Assembly (NCBI GenBank): GCA_002269645.1
Contig: NIVC01001210.1
Location: 124,001-188,000 of the forward strand
Length of the DNA stretch: 64,000 bases
Origin: Macrostomum lignano
Taxonomy: Eukaryota
Direction of reading: 5' to 3'
Part shown: piece after piece, positions 46,801 to 64,000 of the stretch
Numbering within the stretch: the stretch's first letter is position 1
Layout of the letters: every line of letters starts with the position of its first letter
Translations under genes and position numbers: made by a program
The notes under the pieces: model-generated
What the model saw: the letters and a program-made list of their open reading frames with translations, nothing else
Databases searched by the model: none
What the model was told of the DNA's origin: nothing

Positions 46801-47564
46801 AGATTAGCAATCCAACGATAGATTAGCAATCCAAACGATAGATTAGCAATCCAAACGATAGATTAGCAATCCAAACGATAGATTAGCAATCCAAACGATA
46901 GATTAGCAATCCAAACGATAGATTAGCAATCTAAACGATAGATTAGCAATCCAAACGATAGATTAGCAATCCAAACGATAGATTAGCAATCCAAACGATA
47001 GATTAGCAATCCAAACGATAGATTAGCAATCCAATAGATAGATTAGCAATCCAAACGATAGATTAGCAATCTAAACGATAGATTAGCAATCCAAACGATA
47101 GATTAGCAATCCAAACGATAGATTAGCAATCCAAACGATAGATTAGCAATCTAAACGATAGATTAGCAATCCAAACGATAGATTAGCAATCCAAACGATA
47201 GATTAGCAAACCAATGGACAGATTAGCAATCCAAACGATAGATTAGCAATCCAAACGATAGATTAGCAATCTAATAGATAGATTAGCAATCCAATGGACA
47301 GATTAGCAATCCAATGGACAGATTAGCAATCCAATGGACAGATTAGCAATCCAATGGACAGATTAGCAATCCAAACGATAGATTAGCAATCCAATAGACA
47401 GATTAGCAATCCAATAGATTAGCAATCCAGATAGATAGCAATCCAAACGATAGATTAGCAATCCAAACGATAGATTAGCAATCCAAACGATAGATTAGCA
47501 ATCCAATAGATAGATTAGCAATCCAATAGATAGATTAGCAATCCAATGGACAGATTAGCAATCC
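46801..47564. repeat. 20-bp minisatellite (AGATTAGCAATCCAAACGAT)n, about 38 copies
   Basis: Direct tandem repeat; variant units (TGGAC, TAGAT) cluster toward the right end. Confidence 0.97.
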
Positions 47565-48129
47565 GAACCAAGCACTAGTTGTGCTAGTTCCAGAAAGTTA
47601 CATGTCAAATGTCATTTATTACCCGTTAGTCGTCGGCTGTTGGCTCCCCGGCTCTCTCCTGTCTTACTAAAAAGCGCTGATAAAATTTTATTCTGTCGTT
47701 TGTGTTAAAAAATCTGGATTGCGCAAGAAGTAATTGTTTGCTATTTAGTTATGTTTGTCCCTATGTGACCAATAAATATCTGATTTTATAATATGAACTC
47801 ATGAAATTCTAATAAATAAAACAATAATCAATTACAACTTAACATCAATTTACTGTATAGAAAGCGCTGCCTATCGCAAAACCGGATGGTCAAAAATCTT
47901 AACTAATCTTGTTTTCTTATTTGCTAAATTTCTAATTAACCAGTAGTTTATTGGCTTATATCGAATTAATTGTCTAAAAGCCTAATTAATTTGTGTTGCG
48001 AAAAACACTTCTGTACTATTTGTGAGTAGCAAGCTAAGCATTTTTTGCTTGTTTGCACAGCAAAATTAATTATACACATCTGGCTGTTCCGATTAGGAAA
48101 TCTACAGGTATACTAACTTGATAATACTT

Positions 48130-49350
48130 AAACAGGCGCCACAGCTGTTAGACAGGCGCAACGGCTGTTAGACAGGCGCCACAGATATTTAAACAAGCGC
48201 CACAGCTGTTAGACAGGCGCAACGGCTGTTAGACAGGCGCCACGGCTGTTAGACAGGTGCCACAGCTGGTAGACAGGTGCCATAGGTGTTAGACAGGCGC
48301 CACAGCTATTAGATAGGCGCCACAGTTGTTAGACAGGCGCCACAGCTGCTAGATAGGCGCCGCAGCTGTTAGACAGTCGCCACAGCTGTTAGACAGGCGC
48401 AACGGCTGTTAGACAGGCGCCACGGCTGTTAGACAGGTGCCATAGTTGTTAGACAGGCGCCACAGCTGTTAGATAGGCGCCGCAGCTGTTAGACAGGCGC
48501 CACATATATTTAGACAGGCGCCACAGCTGTTAGACAGGCGCAACGGCTGTTAGACAGGCGCCACGGCTGTTAGACAGGCGCCACAGCTGTTAGACAGGTG
48601 CCATAGGTGTTAGACAGGCGCCACAGCTATTAGATAGGCGCCACAGTTGTTAAACAGGCGCCACAGCTGTTAGATAGGCGCCGCAGCTGTTAGACAGGCG
48701 CCACATATATTTAGACAGGCGCCACAGCTGTTAGACAGGCGCAACGGCTGTTAGACAGGCGCCACGGCTGTTAGACAGGTGCCATAGTTGTTAGACAGGC
48801 GCCACAGCTGTTAGATAGGCGCCGCAGCTGTTAGACAGGCGCCACATATATTTAGACAGACGCCACAGCTGTTAGACAGACGCCACGGCTGTTAGACAGG
48901 TGCCATAGGTGTTAGACAGGCGCCACAGCTATTAGATAGGCGCCACAGTTGTTAGACAGGCGCCACAGCTGTTAGATAGGCGCCACAGTTGTTAGACAGG
49001 CGCCACAGCTGTTAGATAGGCGCCACAGCTGTTAGACAGGCGCAACGGCTGTTAGACAGGCGCCACGGCTGTTAGACAGGTGCCATAGTTGTTAGACAGG
49101 CGCCACAGCTGTTAGATAGGCGCCGCAGCTGTTGGACAGGCGCCACATATATTTAGACAGGCGCCACAGCTGTTAGACAGGCGCAACGGCTGTTAGACAG
49201 GCGCCACGGCTGTTAGACAGGTGTCATAGGTGTTAGACAGGCGCCACAGCTATTAGATAGGCGCCACGGCTGTTAGACTGGCGCCACAGCTGTTAGGCGC
49301 CACGGCTGTTAGATAGGCGCCGCAGCCGTTAAGACAGGCTCCCAGCTGTT
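48130..49350. repeat. 20-bp minisatellite (AGACAGGCGCCACAGCTGTT)n, about 60 copies with recurrent variant blocks
   Basis: Direct tandem repeat; 21-bp CACATATATTT variants recur at about 48500, 48701, 48842 and 49143. Confidence 0.97.
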
Positions 49351-49784
49351 ACCGAAACCTAAACCTAACCTTAACCGAAACCTTCGCCCTAGTATTCTAC
49401 ATGTAGCTGTAATAAGAAATCACGAAGCCTTAACCTTGCATGCTCCCGGCTCCAGTCTGGCTGTGTTCAAAGTGCAAAGCAGCTCAATCTCTTGAAATGC
49501 ATGCATGCAGTTGCTCGCTTGCAAAGCCGCCCATCAAAACTATTGATAAGAGCCGTCGAACAGCAATTCGGAAACCACCATGTGTTCGAAACTCTCACTT
49601 TTTTGGCTATTGATTAGAAACCAAGGGCTCTGAGCTCGCGGCTTATCTCTCTCCTCGAACTGACAGTGTCAAAATAGTTGCCACTCGCGAATAAATAAAT
49701 GCAATTATTGCATTTACTGAAAGCCTGACTGTTGTGGAGCTTTTATTTGCTCACAAAAGCGACAGAACAATTTGAATTGTAGCG

Positions 49785-52700
49785 ATGCTAGAATTTCTAA
49801 TTCCTCTGACCCTTGCCTGTCTGGCGGCCTACTGGTATTTCACCTGGAACCGGTGTCTGCCTCCTGGTCCAACCGGTTTGCCCCTGGTCGGCGTCGCACC
49901 CTGGCTGGCAGTCAGTGAGTCACTTCCAACGGAGTTTTACCAGCGTATTAGCAATTCGTAGCAAACTATCTCTGGAAGAATCAGTTTAAAAGAGATAAGG
50001 AGCAAGTGTAGTTCCATGCGCCAGAAATCATCAATTGCATAAATGTATAGGTATTCGAATTGTCAAGTTTACAAGTTTGACAGGGTTAATCTCAAGTCGG
50101 GGGATTTAGTTTGAATGCCAAGCACATGACTGCCGGGCTCCGTCGGGCTTCATTCGAGGACGAACCAGATAAAATTACCTTAACAAGGGGAATGACTTAA
50201 AAAAACATTACAGAACGCCGCGATCACTACTTCACCGAGCTCGCGAAGCAATACGGAGATATTTTTACAGTTCGAGTCGGATTCTTCTACATTGTGGTAC
50301 TCAACTCAGCGGAGGCTATCAAGGAGGCATTTGCCAGAAACGAGCACATCGCTGGCAGGGGTCTGTGCGCATTCACCAAGTTTCTGTCTGATGGAAAAGG
50401 TTCGTGTCATATCACAGAAGAAACCACTGCACCTCGATCCTTAGAATACCTATCCATTTCGATCCTAGACACTAAGTGGCAATGCTACCACTTCAACCCA
50501 CCCCAATCCTTAGACACCAAACCACACCGATCCTTAGACACCAAACCATCCTGATCCTTAGATACCAAACCACACCGATCCTCAAGCATAAATCCACCTC
50601 AACCTCAGACACCAAACAACACCGATCCTACGAAACCAAATCACACCGATCCTTAGAGACCAAACCATCCCGATCCTTAGACACCAAACAACACCGATCC
50701 TTAGAGACCAAACCATCCCGATCCTTAGACACCAAACAACACCGATCCTTAGACACCAAACAACACCGATCCTTAGACACCAAACAACACCGATCCTTAG
50801 ACACCAAACAACACCGATCCTTAGAGACCAAACCATCCCGATCCTTAGACACCAAACAACACTGATCCTACAACACTAACTACGCCAATCCTACGACACC
50901 AAACCACACCGATCCTACGACACCAATTAACACCGAACCTTTGACGCCAAGCCAACTCGATCTTCAAGCATCGAACCCACCTTGATCCTCAGACACCAAC
51001 CCACCAACATATTGAAGCAGCCCGGTCACTAACCAACTTCCGCCAACGTAGCAGCAAACCAACCGATTTCTCCGTCAGGCATCGCCTCCGCTGAGGGTGT
51101 CCGCCACCGAGAGCAGCGCCGCTATTGCCTGCGCGTGCTGCGCGACTTTGGCTTCGGCCGGATCAACTTCGAAGGCACCATCATCGAGGAAGCAGGCAGA
51201 CTTGCCGACTCAATCCGGGCCGATGGCTCCGCCCGGCCAATTCGCATCGACGGCCGTCTTTCGCAGGCGATCGCGAATGTCATCGGGCGCATAGTCTATG
51301 GCCGCAGGTTCGAGTACAACTCCGCCGAGCTGCGCCGGATGGTTTCCGCCCTGCACGAGTTGAACTCGGCGCCTGGAGGCGTCCTGCTGTTGAACACGAC
51401 GAGCTTGCTGGACCCTCTGGCCGATTGGCTGGGCGTGGGGAAGCTTAAAGCCGCCCGGGATGGCATCCGGGACCTACTGGAGCCCATCGTGGCCGAGCAC
51501 CAGGCCGACCTGGACGAACTTGACGAGGATGGCCTGACCGATTTTCTCTACGCCTATCTTGCGGAGCAGAAGCGGCACCGCAGCCTGCCCGACGCCGACA
51601 TATGGGATGGTCTGTCGGGGTGTAGTCTGACGAGACGGGTCTGTCATCATAGTCCTGACACGCTAAATCAGGATTAGTCTGTCCGGGCTATGATCTGGCT
51701 GGATTATGATCTGTCAGGACTAGACCGAACGATCTGTCAGGACTATGATCAGTCGGGACTATAGTCTGTCAGGATTATTTCTGTCAGAGTTCATTATGTT
51801 AGTAATATCTACCAGGACTAGTCTAGGTGGCGGTTCTTTATTGCCGAAAAAGCTATTTCGACGAGCGTATTATTTGAAAAAATGCATTCACTGTTTTAAG
51901 GGTACCAAAACCAACTACTTGCAGTAGCCACGGACACAAGCTTAAAATCGTTCGAACACTGCAATCGCATTTCCCAGACCGGCAGATGATGGAGGTGCTG
52001 ATCGACCTGATGGTGGCGGGCTCGGATACCACCCGGTCGACGCTGGTGTGGGCCATCAACCTGTTGAGCGGCAGCCAGCCAGTGCAAGAGGCGGTGCGCC
52101 AGGAGCTGGCCAGCGTTGTCGGCGATGCCCGACCGCCGTCGACTAGCGATCTGCCGCGGCTGCCGCGACTTGACGCCGTCATCCAGGAGGTGCTCAGGTT
52201 CGATTGTGGCGCTTTAACTGAAGACAAAGTATTTCCATATTAGTAGAGTGGTGGATTGATTGATTGACTGACTGACAGAATGATGGATTGATAGAGAGAT
52301 AGCTTGATAGGTTCACAGACTGTGAACATACAGATTGATATATTGATAAATTGATAGATTGATTCACAGATAAATTTAGCTAGATGGTATAGATAGAAGT
52401 CTAAGCTTGGCAAATCCGATATGAAGTAATTTAAACCGTTTTGCAGAATTTCTGCCCTGGTTCCGACGGCGGTGCCGCACTGCTGCACATCGGACACAGA
52501 GCTGCGTGGTTGCCAGCTGCCGTTGGGCACAATGGTCATGGCCAACACACACTGCCTGACCAGAGATGCTGATGTGTTTGCTAACCCAGATCAGTTCGAC
52601 CCGTTCGGACACTTTCTGACTGTTGGCGATGAAGGCAGCGGCCAGCTGCAGGTGGTCAATAAGGACAAGATCTTACCGTTTAGCTACGGTGATTAAAATT

Positions 52701-53070
52701 TATTTAACGTTTCGATAGCACAAGAGATTGGAATAGATTTACTATAATGCACCATACTGAAAAGAATAAAAATGATGAGCCAGTATAAGTTACTCGAACG
52801 CATCGCAAGAAATGCAGTTACAAACTCGGAACTGGAAGTCAACATGCCGCGCGTCCCTCGAATCCCTCTGCCGCCTTTCCAGGACGTCGTTCGTGCATCG
52901 GCGAGAGCCTAGCCCGCATGGAAATCTGCCTGTTCCTGAGCTACCTTCTGCCCCGTTTCCGGTTCGAACTGCCGCCCGGGGTGACGGACGCGGATACGGT
53001 GGGCAGCGGCGCGCTGTTTAACACCTGTCGACAGAAAGAGTTTGTTTTCCGGCCGATCAAAGCTCTGTAA
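49785..53070 (+). CDS. Cytochrome P450 (microsomal, clan-2-like), 6 exons (49785-49914, 50214-50399, 51079-51609, 51978-52197, 52447-52688, 52883-53070), 498 aa
   Basis: N-terminal anchor plus PPGPTGLP, I-helix AGSDTT, K-helix EVLR, FDPFGHF meander and heme motif FSYGRRSCIGE. Total 1497 nt with consistent phases. Confidence 0.94.
50497..50935. repeat. 24-bp minisatellite (CTTAGACACCAAACAACACCGATC)n in P450 intron 2
   Basis: Direct tandem repeat with a homogeneous centre and degenerate edges. Confidence 0.95.
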
Positions 53071-53556
53071 ATTGCAATGGTTCAACGATTTTAACGTCAC
53101 AACTGACTTTTAAGTGTCTTTATTTATCACTAAACATTGAATTCCTGTTTAATCATGGTTGACTTCCCGGCATGATTACAATTTTCCATGCTGACATCGA
53201 TGCTTACTACGGCAGTGATTGCGAGTAGGTTTGAGAGCAAATATTTTATTCAAGCGATCTTGCTAAATTAGATCATGCATTGTTTCTTCTGTCTGCTTCC
53301 TAAAGTACGAGCTATCACTGTAATGAATATTCAGAACCTATAGTTTTATAGATACATTTTCTGCTACACAAGACTCGTACACTTGTACGCCAGCATTGGC
53401 CAAATTCTGTGCCAGCCAATGACGTCTTGTCCGCATGCGAGGGGGGAAAATATTAAAAGCTACCATCAGTCCCATTCCTGTGGAAAAAGTTATTCAGGCA
53501 AGCGGGCTTAAAAATTATCGAAAGAAACCAAGATACACGCTCCATTCAAAACGATC

Positions 53557-64000
<10,444 letters not shown>

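Noticed and set aside
46801-49350. Regular arrays that might resemble CRISPR (also those at 1085, 8790, 50497 and 63130)
   Set aside because: Units are contiguous with no unique spacers, there are no cas genes, and the context is eukaryotic.
49352-49400. CCTAAA/CCTAAC/CCTTAA hexamers resembling telomeric repeat or a Helentron signature
   Set aside because: Only three or four degenerate units, with no supporting terminal structure.
50476-50865. 129-aa ORF with SLDTKQHR repeats
   Set aside because: It is a translation of the 24-bp intronic minisatellite; the P450 model is complete without it.

Overview
Eukaryotic (animal) genomic DNA with short GT-AG introns, GC3-rich exons and many minisatellites and MITEs. 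Gene content and style suggest a free-living flatworm such as Macrostomum; this is inference and the taxon cannot be proven from the window. Spliced gene models were built by hand, and each complete model sums to a whole number of codons. In order: a calmodulin-like EF-hand gene (849-3554 +); an orphan two-exon gene with possible REC114-like architecture (8268-9536 +); a 10-exon cytoplasmic intermediate filament gene (14298-19657 +); an arginine kinase-type phosphagen kinase (22628-23818 -); three tandem tetraspanins sharing one 5-exon structure (24523-35555 -); an intronless five-finger C2H2 gene (42833-43873 +); a clan-2-like cytochrome P450 (49785-53070 +); and a DEG/ENaC channel (53557 to beyond 64000, +) whose 9.1-kb intron holds an intact, young Ty3/Gypsy element. 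Other mobile DNA: a 2.17-kb Crypton-type tyrosine-recombinase element, three tRNA-derived CORE-like SINEs, an RTE-like LINE relic with a nested MITE, and several hAT-type and foldback MITEs. Most striking observations: (1) two of the tetraspanins carry a 112-126 aa acidic insertion in the large extracellular loop, with a conserved R-x-R-R|S furin-type site and DY-rich motifs; (2) the Crypton has an uninterrupted ORF, 28-bp subterminal inverted repeats, an 8-bp terminal direct repeat, a perfect 67-bp-arm hairpin and a Q-x-x-R catalytic variant.
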